Shown: positions 9,427-19,595 of the stretch, one piece after another | Numbering within the stretch: the first letter of the stretch is position 1 | How the letters are laid out: each line of letters begins with the position of its first letter | Assembly: GCA_963664225.1 (NCBI GenBank) | Contig: OY760937.1 | Span: forward strand, 2,176,001-2,240,000 | DNA length: 64,000 bases | From: Verrucomicrobiia bacterium | GTDB taxonomy: Bacteria > Verrucomicrobiota > Verrucomicrobiia > Limisphaerales > UBA1319 | Reading direction: 5' to 3' | Program-made: the position numbers and the translations under genes | Notes under the pieces: generated by a model | The model's input: the letters and a program-made list of their open reading frames with translations, nothing else | What the model was told of the DNA's origin: nothing | Database searches by the model: none

Positions 9427-10047
9427 ATGAACGCAATTACTCAATTCCTTATTTCACACGGTGGCTTGATTTTGTTCGCGATCGCCTTCGCGGAACAGTT
9501 TGGCTTGCCGTTGCCGGGAGCGCCGTGGCTCATGGCGGCGGGCGCTCTCTCCGCCAGCGGGAAGTTTGGTCTGCCCGCAGCCATCGGATGGGCGGCTGCG
9601 GGCTGTGTCGTTGCCGACGCGGTTTGGTATTTCCTGGGACATCGCGGCAAGGCGCGCGTCTTCCGGATGTTTCCTCATTTGCATTCAGTGCAGGTCCGGC
9701 TTGAGCGCGCCACGCTCGCCAAAACCGTCCTCCACGGCACGCGGATGCTCACGCTGGCAAAATTCCTGCCGTTCGGCACGGTCATTCTCATGCAAGCCGG
9801 CGCGTTGGAGGTCGATCGGCAGCGCTTCCTGCTCGTGGACGCTTTCACCTCGGTGGTTTATGCGTCCGTGTATGCCGCGTTGGGATTCGCTTTTCACAAT
9901 CAACTCGAACAGGTCGTGGCATTCACGCAAAAGCTGAGCGCCGGTTCTTTGCTGCTGATTGTGATTTTGGCGGGAATATACATCGTTTATCGTGTTCTCA
10001 AGCTCCGCCCGAAGAGGGGGACCGCTATTGTCGAAAACGAAGCATAA
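9427..10047 (+). CDS. DedA/VTT-family membrane protein
   Basis: AEQFGLPLPG, ADAVWYFLG, AKFLP motifs. Confidence 0.85.
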   Translation: MNAITQFLISHGGLILFAIAFAEQFGLPLPGAPWLMAAGALSASGKFGLPAAIGWAAAGCVVADAVWYFLGHRGKARVFRMFPHLHSVQVRLERATLAKTVLHGTRMLTLAKFLPFGTVILMQAGALEVDRQRFLLVDAFTSVVYASVYAALGFAFHNQLEQVVAFTQKLSAGSLLLIVILAGIYIVYRVLKLRPKRGTAIVENEA

Positions 10048-10104
10048 GCGGAGGAAGCGCCGGGCGCAGGACAAAATTCTTCAGCATGCCGAAAAAGGCT
10101 TTTA

Positions 10105-12079
10105 GTAGAGTAGGCGAAATGGACGGATTGAATGGCCGTGGCCAATGACCGTCGCATTTCGCCCCTCATCGAACCGGACAGGCGGTTTTCCCGCATCCGG
10201 CTCTCCGGGGATCATACGTTGCATCGCTTCGACGTCATCGTTTCCATGCCGCATATTCCGGCATTTGGTATAAACCATAACGCTCATAGAGATCCTCCTT
10301 GGGGTATGTGGACCATTGCGCCCGACTACATCCGTGTTTGCGCCACAACCATCGTTGTAACTTGCTGCTGACGTATTCGTTCATCTGGCCCATCACCTTG
10401 GTGCTGTTCCCGTAGTGAAAGTAACCCTTCCAACCTTTGAGTTTCTTGTTGAGCTCGGGAATCACCTCTCCGATATCACGCCATAGCGTGCTTCGGTTGA
10501 GTTTCTCCCGAATCCCGTCTCGAAACTTCTTCTGGCTCTTGGGATGGGGTTCCACATGCGGATATTTCCATTTCCCCTTCCCCTGTCGCATTGTTAGCGC
10601 GAATCCCAAGAATTTGATGCCATCCTGGCGGAGGTCCACCAAGCGGGTCTTCTTCTCGTTGAGCACTAACTCGCGTTGCTTCAGCCATCGTTCCAGTCGT
10701 TCCATCAGTTCCCGTCCCTGCCCCGGCTGTCCGAGTATCACGAAATCATCCGCGTATCTCACCATCACGGGTTTGAGTTCGCAGCGTTCGTTGACTTCCC
10801 AATCCAACTGGTTGAGGTATGCATTGGCTAAAATCGGCGATACAACCCCGCCTTGCGGAGTCCCCCGTCGATTCTGACCTTGCCCCCCCTTTGTCCCGCC
10901 TTTCCCTGTGTCGCTTTGCGGTTCATTCACGGGCGCGCGCAGCCATCCTGCGATCAGCTTGAGAATTGTTCCATCGCTGACCCGCTTGGCCACTATGCGC
11001 AACAAACGCCTGTGGGGAATGCTGTCAAAATACCCGCTTAAGTCCGCGTCTATAACTTCGACGCGTCCTGTCAGCGTAGCCTTCTTGATCGCCTCCATTG
11101 CTTGGTGGGCATTGCGTTTGGGATGATAGGCGTAACTGTTCGGATGACTATCGGCTTCCAGAATCGGCAGCAATACAATCACCACCGCTGTCTGCACCAC
11201 CCGGTCTTTCACTGTCGGGATGCCCAGGGGTCGCAGCTTCCCGTCTCCTTTTGGTATATACACACGCTTCACCGGGCTTGGCCGATACTTCTTCGTGCGT
11301 AACTCCTCCAGCAGTTGGTTCCGCCATTGGTCCCAGGCTTCGTCGCTGGCAAGATAGACGTCGCATGTCTGCCCGTCGATCCCAGCCGCGCCATTGTTGT
11401 GCGCCACGGAGGCCATTGCCGTTTCCAGCACGTCCTTCCGCAGCAGTTCTCCGTAGAGGCTGTAAAACCGATACTTCGGCTCAGCCTTGGCTTTGCAATA
11501 TAGCGCTCGCTGCAGCTTTTGAACTTTTATCGGGGTTGTTATCCGTTGAAAAAGTGTTTCCACTCCCTCAAGGCCATCTCCCTGTCCCTCGCTGTTTTGA
11601 TTCGCTTCGATCCAAGTGCCTTCCCTTGGCTCCGCCGGGGTTTTGGTCGCCCCAGCTTCTTCGCTACTATGGAAGACTCCGACTTCTCTGGCTGCCCGTG
11701 CGGCCTCGGAGGGTGTTCCTCCTTGCACCGGCGGTTGAGGCTTTATCGCCCCGCCTCCAGAGATCTCCCAGCTTACCTTGGTTTCCCTTCCTGTCGTGTC
11801 GCCCTCGCTGACTCCGCCGGAATCAACAGCGCCCATTTGACGATTTGATGACGCCGCGTTTCTGCCTTCGCCGTTCGGGTAGCGGCTCGGCTTACCGGTT
11901 ATTTCGGTTTCGGAGCTCATTTGATGAGGTTTACTTTCGTTACGACCCGACAGTTCTTTCAGCGTCCCGCTTGTGGTTCGGCCTCACGGCCTCGTCCCGG
12001 ACGCTGCATTTCGGTCGTGAACCGTCTAATTCGACCGGCGGGACTTTCACCCACGAGGCTACCAATTTCACTGGCGCAC
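10105..12079 (-). mobile_element. Group II intron, full length (1975 nt)
   Basis: 5' end GTGCG at 12079; domain V GAGCCGGATGCGGGAAAACCGCCTGTCCGGTTC right after the RT stop; domain VI ends CCTACTCTAC at 10105; EBS1/EBS2 match the 5' exon. Confidence 0.95.
10235..11920 (-). CDS. ltrA: Group II intron reverse transcriptase/maturase, no C-terminal endonuclease domain
   Basis: RPLGIPTVKDR, DADLSGYFDSIPH, GTPQGGVVSPILAN, RYADD, FLGF, maturase GWKGYF. The real start is probably near 11563. Confidence 0.93.
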   Translation of the reverse strand: MSSETEITGKPSRYPNGEGRNAASSNRQMGAVDSGGVSEGDTTGRETKVSWEISGGGAIKPQPPVQGGTPSEAARAAREVGVFHSSEEAGATKTPAEPREGTWIEANQNSEGQGDGLEGVETLFQRITTPIKVQKLQRALYCKAKAEPKYRFYSLYGELLRKDVLETAMASVAHNNGAAGIDGQTCDVYLASDEAWDQWRNQLLEELRTKKYRPSPVKRVYIPKGDGKLRPLGIPTVKDRVVQTAVVIVLLPILEADSHPNSYAYHPKRNAHQAMEAIKKATLTGRVEVIDADLSGYFDSIPHRRLLRIVAKRVSDGTILKLIAGWLRAPVNEPQSDTGKGGTKGGQGQNRRGTPQGGVVSPILANAYLNQLDWEVNERCELKPVMVRYADDFVILGQPGQGRELMERLERWLKQRELVLNEKKTRLVDLRQDGIKFLGFALTMRQGKGKWKYPHVEPHPKSQKKFRDGIREKLNRSTLWRDIGEVIPELNKKLKGWKGYFHYGNSTKVMGQMNEYVSSKLQRWLWRKHGCSRAQWSTYPKEDLYERYGLYQMPEYAAWKR

Positions 12080-12243
12080 ACCCGAAATCCGAAATAAGAA
12101 TGGTCAAGACGATGCAATGCTTTGAGACAGCCATGATTTGCAATCGGCGAAGGTGTATTAAACCAATACTCCACAGCCGGTTTCAAACCATGGATGGCCA
12201 AATGATTGCGTCAGATGGGCCGTTCCTATTTCGGATTTCGGGT
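12080..12243. mobile_element. 164-bp MITE, copy 1
   Basis: 17-bp perfect TIRs ACCCGAAATCCGAAATA / TATTTCGGATTTCGGGT; TTA on both sides once the intron is removed; near-identical copy at 23902..24065. Confidence 0.9.
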
Positions 12244-12286
12244 TTAACCAACATGGAAGTATATAGGCCGAATGAACACTGTCGGC

Positions 12287-12592
12287 TCAAAAAACTGAAC
12301 GCGCGATCTTCCCTCTCGCCCTGCGACGCACGAGCGGGGAGCGGACAGGATTACTTCTATCCAAACCGTCCCAGCCGCCTGCTTTGATCTCCTTTTTTAG
12401 TTTTGCGGCACAGCCATCTGCTGTCGCATAAGTGGAGTATCGCCGCCGATGGCGGCTGCACGCAGCGTCATAATAAAAAACCATGGAACGGCTTTCCCCG
12501 TCGTGGGTTTCTTTGTAAATGGTGATGTTTGTGGGATCGCCGGTGACATGCACCAGAAACTCCTCTGGTTCAGTGATCGCATTTTTTTTCAT
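12287..12592 (-). pseudogene. Possible truncated N-terminal fragment of an island integrase
   Basis: Starts about 140 nt from the tRNA 3' end and points away from it; ITIYKE...VFYY...RHRRRYST..A is reminiscent of integrase arm-binding N-termini; no catalytic domain follows. Confidence 0.35.
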
Positions 12593-12733
12593 ACGACCTC
12601 CAGAAAAGACTTTTTTGAGCTTTGCGAGATTCCTTCGGTCACATTTTTGTCACACGGAGCGATGGGACGAATGTGTACCATTGGAAGACCGTTGTAATTC
12701 GTTGCGGCTGAAGGAGTTCCACTTTTTGAGGAA

Positions 12734-12810
12734 TGGAGCGAGCGAAGGGATTTGAACCCTCGACAATCACCTTGGCAAGGTGACACTCTACCAGGCTGAG
12801 TTACGCTCGC
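12734..12810 (-). tRNA. tRNA-Gly (GCC)
   Basis: GCGAGCGTAACTCAGCCTGGTAGAGTGTCACCTTGCCAAGGTGATTGTCGAGGGTTCAAATCCCTTCGCTCGCTCCA: cloverleaf, GCC anticodon, encoded CCA. Confidence 0.97.
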
Positions 12811-12947
12811 ACCCGTAATTCGGAGACCAATCTACAAACCGCTCCGGCTTTTGCAAGCCCCGATTTCGATATTCTTTTTGCCGCCTCTGAAAAGGTCCGT
12901 CGGCGGGTTGTCGCCTCGCGGAGTTGCTCAGGCCTCGTGCGGTTGCC

Positions 12948-13871
12948 CTACGACGCCAGGGCGCGGTTGATCCGCTCGATGGCTTCGTCGATTTCCGCCG
13001 TGCTTTTGAACCCGATGACCACGGCGTCCAGCAAACCCAGCCCCATGGCGAATCGGATGCTTTTCTCGCGGTCCTCGGCCTTGGTGAATTCGCCGTTGCC
13101 GATGATTTTCATGCCAATGATGCCCCGTCCCTTGTCGTGCATGGCCTGCAGTTCCTTCAGAACCTCAGGCAGCGTCGTTTCGTTGCCGGACTCGTTCCAA
13201 TTGCTGCTGTGGCCGTCGATGTGCCGCCCCTGGGGATTGACGCGCGCCAGGTGAATGTCCACCCAGGGCACTTGTGTGGCGCGGGTCAGCGCGGGCAGGC
13301 CGTGGCAGGAAACGCCCTTGGCGCGGATGATCTTCTTCTCTTTGGCCTCTTCCATGGCGTCCATCACGCGCTTCTGCTGATCCTGCCAGCCGTTATCGGT
13401 CATGCAGTGAATCAGCAGGCTGTCGATATAATCGGTGTTCAATTCCTTCCGGTAGCGGTCGATCGTTTCCAGTGGTTTTTGGGCGCCGCCCGACATTTTG
13501 GTCTGAATGAAAAGTTTTTCGCGAGGCAATCCCTTTATGGCTTCCGCGATCCACGTGTGTGTCTGGTAACCATCGGCGGTATCGAAAAAGGTGATGCCCT
13601 GGTCGTAGGCGTAACGAATGAGTTTGTTGAATCCCTCATGGCCCAGCGCGCGCTGAACGTTGCCGCTGTTGCTGCCCGCGCCCAGGCCCAGACGGCTCGA
13701 TTTAATGCCCGTCTTCCCCAAATCGACCTGGTCCGCCGCGGTTCTCTTGCCGGGTTGCGCCGCACGTGCGGCCACGGGGAACATTGGTGCCAGTGGCGCC
13801 AACAGGGCCGCTCCGGTGAGCACCGCGCTTTTGCTGATGAATTGCCGACGGTTGAGATCGTAGGTCTGCAT
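12948..13871 (-). CDS. Aldo/keto reductase with Tat signal peptide
   Basis: NRRQFIS twin-Arg motif; LGKTGIKSSRLGLG, GITFFDTADGY, IRAKGVSCH. Confidence 0.9.
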   Translation of the reverse strand: MQTYDLNRRQFISKSAVLTGAALLAPLAPMFPVAARAAQPGKRTAADQVDLGKTGIKSSRLGLGAGSNSGNVQRALGHEGFNKLIRYAYDQGITFFDTADGYQTHTWIAEAIKGLPREKLFIQTKMSGGAQKPLETIDRYRKELNTDYIDSLLIHCMTDNGWQDQQKRVMDAMEEAKEKKIIRAKGVSCHGLPALTRATQVPWVDIHLARVNPQGRHIDGHSSNWNESGNETTLPEVLKELQAMHDKGRGIIGMKIIGNGEFTKAEDREKSIRFAMGLGLLDAVVIGFKSTAEIDEAIERINRALAS

Positions 13872-14101
13872 AATGTCCTCTGATGGTTTGTGGAGGCCAT
13901 TCTACACCATGACTGACGCGTTGAACAGTCCCCGGTGCACTTTTTTGGCGAGGGTCTGCGAATCCATAAAAATATTTTCGCGCCTCTTGTCGTTGGAAAG
14001 TAACAAATGGACTCACAGGATGCCGCGCCGGATTACTTGTTTTCATTGCGCCAATTCGAGCGTATCTTCGCAGTCGCCTGGACTATTCCATTAATCAAAA
14101 G

Positions 14102-14494
14102 GTGACGGTTGGAGAGTTTCGAGAACTGCTTCTCCGATCAACGCTCGCGGCCCGGCGTCCGATCGATGACACGCCCTGCCTGGAGGGCATGCTTGCGCAC
14201 TCGAACCTGATGGCTGCATGCCGCGATAACGGCCTGCTGGTGGGCCTGGCGCGCTGCGTGACCGATTTTCATTACTGCTGCTATTTGTCCGACCTCGCGG
14301 TCGATGCGGCTTATCAGCGGCGCGGCATTGGCCGGAGGCTTGTGGAGCTCGTGCGCCAGGCCCTGGGACCGCGCTGCCAGATCGTCCTTCTGGCCGCTCC
14401 TGCGGCTGTGGAATACTATCCCCGACTCGGTTTCGAACACCATGATCAGGCCTGGATTTTGCCCCCTGGAAAAGCCCTTCCAAATTCAGTTTGA
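14102..14494 (+). CDS. GNAT N-acetyltransferase
   Basis: YLSDLAVDAAYQRRGIGRRL acetyl-CoA motif, YYPRLGF. The frame is open a few codons upstream. Confidence 0.9.
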   Translation: MTVGEFRELLLRSTLAARRPIDDTPCLEGMLAHSNLMAACRDNGLLVGLARCVTDFHYCCYLSDLAVDAAYQRRGIGRRLVELVRQALGPRCQIVLLAAPAAVEYYPRLGFEHHDQAWILPPGKALPNSV

Positions 14495-14598
14495 ATTGTC
14501 ACTTGACAACTCACGCATCATGGTGCATTTTTTGTAGGAAATCCCGGCGAAGTGATTATGCTGTGGATCTCCAAAACAGCAGTGAAAGGAAAAAAGCT

Positions 14599-14721
14599 AT
14601 GGGCGACAAATCTCCGAAGTCCGTGAACAAAAAAGTGACACAGAAGCAGACCAAGGCCACCGCGGTGGTGCAAAAGAAAAAACAGGCCGTAGCCGCAAAA
14701 GCTGTGGCAAAAAAGAAGTAG
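14599..14721 (+). CDS. 40-aa Lys/Ala-rich basic peptide
   Basis: GAAAGGA RBS before the ATG; MGDKSPKSVNKKVTQKQTKATAVVQKKKQAVAAKAVAKKK. Confidence 0.65.
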   Translation: MGDKSPKSVNKKVTQKQTKATAVVQKKKQAVAAKAVAKKK

Positions 14722-15205
14722 GACTGCCTTCTCAAGAGTTGCCGCGCGCTTCATGCCGGCGGACTCAATTTCCAACCCGGTTCCGGGGATTGCAAAGTTC
14801 CCGAAACCGGCAGTAGTTTTTCGCCGGGCAGCCTTCTGACAAACCAAGTGGAAGGCTGTTGAGGCTCTTTTCAGGCGCGGAAACGATCGCGCCGGAGCGC
14901 CTCCTTTCTGGCGCATCGAATGGTGATGGATCGCCGCTGTGATCTGTTGCCTTGGTGGTGTTTCCTCTCCAGTCATCCATTATCGATTGTCCAATGTCGA
15001 TTGGTGCCCGGGTGCGCAGCGATGCTCCCCGCCAAATCGCTGTCATACTCATTTTGGCCTCATTTCCACATATGCCCGTCCTATCTGTCGTGGCGATCAC
15101 TTCGGTCGCAGCTGCTCCACCCTGCAATAATAAGAAGTTCGATCGCTTGACGCATGAATTTCCGGTTTCTTAAGATCCCATGAATCTGACATCGAAAGGT
15201 CACGG

Positions 15206-16128
<923 letters not shown>

Positions 16129-16132
<4 letters not shown>

Positions 16133-16806
16133 ATACCATCCTCAAGCTCCTCCTCAACGATCTCAGGCGCGACTGGAAGCGCCCTTGGTCGATGCTCCTC
16201 CTCTCCGCGCTACCGTTGATTATGACGGTGATGATCGCCTCGGTCTTCGGCGGCGGCGGCCGCTCCGGCATCATGCCCGTGATTCAGGTGGCCGTCCTGG
16301 ACCAGGACAAGGATATGCTCACCGACCTGTTGCGTTCGCTGCCCGCCCAGGGGGATGCCGCCAAAAACCTCCGTCTTCACTTTGTGGAAACCCGGGACGA
16401 AGGCCTGCGACTGGTCGAAAAGGGCAAAGTTTCGGCCCTCGTGGTCTTGCCCAAGAACATGACCGATGATTTGCTCAAGGGGCAGACCAATACCATTGAG
16501 CTTTACGAGAACCCCGCGCAGCAAATCCTGCCCAAGATCGTGCGCCAGGGCGTCTCCCTGATGGCGGTGGGACTTTCCGGAGCCGCCGAGATTCTTGGCG
16601 ATCCGCTCCGGGACCTTCGGGGCATGATCAAAGGCAACGGCTTTCCAGTCGAAACCGCCGTGACCGGCGTCGCCTCTGCGTCCTTTCAGAAGCTTAAAGG
16701 CATTCGGACTTACGTGTTTCCTCCGCTGGTGAAAATCGAGACGGTCGCCGCGGCGGATTTCGTGCCATTCACCAATAACGCGTCCGTGACGCCCCAGACG
16801 CCATGA
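16129..16806 (+). CDS. ABC-2 permease, N-terminal half (TM1 plus extracytoplasmic domain)
   Basis: ND.RR..K.P N-terminus, one TM, VAVLDQD; TTG start overlaps the upstream stop. Confidence 0.75.
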
Positions 16807-17414
16807 ATGACATCGTTTTAATGCTATTGCCCGGGGCGATGTACTTTTGGGTCCTGTTCATCGGGCAGGGACCGCTGCAGGAAATATTGCAGGAAAAGCA
16901 GAACCTGATTCTGCCGCGCCTCCTGGCCAGCCCGGTCACTCCGGGGCAATATGTAATGGCCAAAATGCTCCGCTGCATGGTCCTGTGCAGCCTTGCGCTG
17001 ATCCTGCTCCTGATTTGCAGCACCTTGATCTTCGGAATCAAATGGGGGAACCCCTTCAAGCTGGCCGGAGTTGTCGCGATCTGGGCGGTATCCATGACCG
17101 GCCTGTTGGCCCTGATCTATTCCCTGGCCCGGACACGCGAGCAGGCCAATGTTCTCTCGCCGCTGGTGCTCATGCTTTTTGCGATGCTCGGAGGCAGCAT
17201 GTTCCCTTACGAGAGCCTGCCCCCCTTTCTGCAATTGATCGGCCAGTATTCCCCCAATCGCTGGGGAGTCCTCGTTCTGCAAGGGGTGGCCCGGTCCAAG
17301 CCGCTGATCGATGTGGCACGTCCGTTCCTGGGATTGCTTGCGCTGGGCGTCCTGGGAACAGGATTCGCCTTCTTTATGTTTCAACGAAAACTGGCCACCG
17401 GAGACCGCAAATGA
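16803..17414 (+). CDS. ABC-2 permease, C-terminal half (TM bundle)
   Basis: EKQ..ILPRLLASPV, AK, LGGSMFP..LP.FLQ...SP..W. Confidence 0.8.
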   Translation: MNDIVLMLLPGAMYFWVLFIGQGPLQEILQEKQNLILPRLLASPVTPGQYVMAKMLRCMVLCSLALILLLICSTLIFGIKWGNPFKLAGVVAIWAVSMTGLLALIYSLARTREQANVLSPLVLMLFAMLGGSMFPYESLPPFLQLIGQYSPNRWGVLVLQGVARSKPLIDVARPFLGLLALGVLGTGFAFFMFQRKLATGDRK

Positions 17415-18571
17415 AGGTTCTGCGCATCATCCTCGGTGATTTGAAGCGGGTGGCCAAAGACCGCATGGCCCTGATGTGGATGCTCGCCATGCCGCTGATC
17501 ATGGCCTATGTCTTTGGCAGCGCCATGCGGGGCGGAGGTCCGCAATCCACCTGGATTCCCGTGATCGACCTGGATCGCCACGAACTTACCGCCCTCTTTG
17601 TGGAGCAACTCCGCGAGGACGGTTATTACATCGAGATGATGGACGCGGGCACGCAGGAAGTGCTCAAGACCAAATGGCCCTACGGCGTGGTGATCCCGCA
17701 CGGGTTCGGCGAAGCCATTTTGAAAGGCCAGTCCATCAAGGTTCCCCTCGTCAAAGGCAACGGCAGTCCCGAGAAAATCATGGAGGTGCAATCCCGCCTG
17801 CTCCACGCCATCGTCAAGTTCACCAAGGGCCTGGCCATCGCGGATGTGAGCCACCGGCCCTGGGACGACGCCTCCCGGGCCGCGCTGAAGGAGGCCCTGG
17901 CCCGTCCGCAGCTTCTGACCATGACACGCCAGAGCCATCGCACACTCCGCCCGCCACCCATGGGCTTCAACCAGAGCCTGCCGGGAATGCTCGTCATGTT
18001 CGTGCTCCAGATGATCCTCACCTATGGAGGGGTCACACTCGTCAACGATCGCATCGGCGGTCAAATGCGCCGTTTGCTCGCCGCTCCATTGCACCCCTAT
18101 GAAGCCTACGCGGGCAAGGTTCTCGCCCGGGTGGTCCTCGGCTGCATCCAGGCATTCGTGCTCCTGGCCTTCGGCGCCATTGTCTTCAAACTTCCAATGG
18201 GCGACCACCCGCTGTTTCTCGTGCCGGTGGTGATCTCGCTGGCGGCGGTCGCAGGCTCCCTCAGCATCCTGGCCGGCCTCCTCTGCAAGGTGGAAAAACA
18301 GGTCATCCTCGTGGCCATATTCGGATCGATGGTCCTCTCCGCGCTCGGCGGCTGTTGGTGGCCGATCGAGATCGTTCCCGAAACCTTCAAGACCATCGCA
18401 TCCTTTACCCCCAGCTACTGGGCCATGCACGGCCTCCAAAGCGTCCTTTACTTTGGCCGCTCCTACGATGTCCTCCTGCTCGACTGCCCGATCCTCCTGG
18501 CTTTCGCCGCCCTCATAGGCCTCGCCGCAGTCCTATCCACACGGTTGCTCTCAAAGGGCCGGGCGGAGTAA
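17411..18571 (+). CDS. ABC-2 permease
   Basis: RRLLAAPL, GKVLAR, ALGGCWWPIEIVP...TPSYWAM; ATGA coupling to the upstream gene. Confidence 0.9.
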   Translation: MKVLRIILGDLKRVAKDRMALMWMLAMPLIMAYVFGSAMRGGGPQSTWIPVIDLDRHELTALFVEQLREDGYYIEMMDAGTQEVLKTKWPYGVVIPHGFGEAILKGQSIKVPLVKGNGSPEKIMEVQSRLLHAIVKFTKGLAIADVSHRPWDDASRAALKEALARPQLLTMTRQSHRTLRPPPMGFNQSLPGMLVMFVLQMILTYGGVTLVNDRIGGQMRRLLAAPLHPYEAYAGKVLARVVLGCIQAFVLLAFGAIVFKLPMGDHPLFLVPVVISLAAVAGSLSILAGLLCKVEKQVILVAIFGSMVLSALGGCWWPIEIVPETFKTIASFTPSYWAMHGLQSVLYFGRSYDVLLLDCPILLAFAALIGLAAVLSTRLLSKGRAE

Positions 18572-18593
18572 GAGGGGCTTCAGATTTCCTCCA

Positions 18594-19052
18594 TCAAGTG
18601 ATCAGGCGATCATCGAAAGTGAATCGCACGGGCGGGCCAATGGTGTTTTTTTTGAAATCGGGATGGGCCGGATTCAGCAGGTAATTGGTTTCGTCCGGGA
18701 TGATGATGCTCGGAACCGCGAGAATTGCCGAGCGCAATGACCGTGCCCAGTCGTCTCCAATTCGCCGGGTGGAGGGAGTCGGCGGCTCCATTCTCCAGTC
18801 GGATGGCAACGCCGCCATTGTGAAACGTTCGACCAAACGCTCCTCGAATTCGATGCGTCTGATGCTGTAACGGAACCGCATCGGAGGATTGAGATGAACC
18901 AGTATTTCCAAAGCCGCCAATGAGCGGGTCGCACTGGTATAGACCATGGCCACGCCACGGGAGTTCCAGCGACCACCAGTCTTGGCGGCTCCTTCACCGG
19001 TGAATGCCGTGGCAGCGAACTTCTCCCGGACCATGCGCCAGGCTTCCAGCAT
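18594..19052 (-). CDS. RES-domain toxin (NAD+ phosphorylase family)
   Basis: GEGAAKTGGRWN, YTS..SLAALEILVH, VPS.IIPDETNYLLNPAHP. Confidence 0.93.
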   Translation of the reverse strand: MLEAWRMVREKFAATAFTGEGAAKTGGRWNSRGVAMVYTSATRSLAALEILVHLNPPMRFRYSIRRIEFEERLVERFTMAALPSDWRMEPPTPSTRRIGDDWARSLRSAILAVPSIIIPDETNYLLNPAHPDFKKNTIGPPVRFTFDDRLIT

Positions 19053-19561
19053 CAGGAATACACTCCGTATTCAATGCGTCCGAGCAAGTCTTCCACTTCC
19101 CGCGCGCCCACTTCGGTTTCCGCGTAATCCAGTGGGACCGCCCCACCCAAACCCACCTGGGCTGAAGCAAGCCAGAGCCGGGCATTTTCCTCTCCTTCCA
19201 TCACTTCCACCGCCCTGCCCATCAACCGGGCATACCGGACCACACGGTCGGACTCCTCCGGTCCAAGCCGCCCCTGGGCCTTGCGCCTGTGCAGTGTGGC
19301 CTTGGACATTCCAAGTTTTGGAGCCAATTTTTCCATCGGGATATCCAGGCTGGTCTGCAAATCGTCCAATTCCCGCATGGGCAGGCCGATGCGGATGATC
19401 TCAATCAATTTGCCCGCGGACAGATCGGCGGCACCGGTTTTGGATTTCAGGCTGTGAATCTGGCCGCTCACCACCCCGGAAAAGCGCATGGCCTTTGTGG
19501 AACCCACCCCGCTTCGTCCAGGCTTGGACGCCAGCTTCGCTTTTGTCACCGCAGTACTCAT
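19052..19561 (-). CDS. Xre/MbcA/ParS antitoxin
   Basis: HTH (LGMSKATLHRRK), ESDRVVR, WL...LGG..PLD...TEVGAREVEDLLGRIEYG. Confidence 0.93.
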   Translation of the reverse strand: MSTAVTKAKLASKPGRSGVGSTKAMRFSGVVSGQIHSLKSKTGAADLSAGKLIEIIRIGLPMRELDDLQTSLDIPMEKLAPKLGMSKATLHRRKAQGRLGPEESDRVVRYARLMGRAVEVMEGEENARLWLASAQVGLGGAVPLDYAETEVGAREVEDLLGRIEYGVYS

Positions 19562-19595
19562 ATGATACTAATAATGGTCTCAAATGAAACCAATG

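Noticed and set aside
10235..11920. Retron, DGR or defence RT; 120-aa N-terminal extension
   Set aside because: Domain V/VI, the GTGCG start and the maturase domain identify a group II intron; the extension overlaps ribozyme domains including EBS1/EBS2 and is probably not translated.
10098..12247. MITE read as an attC site targeted by a class C-attC intron (TTTTAAC...GTTTAAC)
   Set aside because: Perfect TIRs and a demonstrated TTA duplication fit a MITE; domain V has an AGC triad and an EBS2 is present, unlike class C.
16847..17410. N-terminal extension of the second permease
   Set aside because: Off-frame overlap with 16803..17414; the coupled ATG at 17411 is the likely start.
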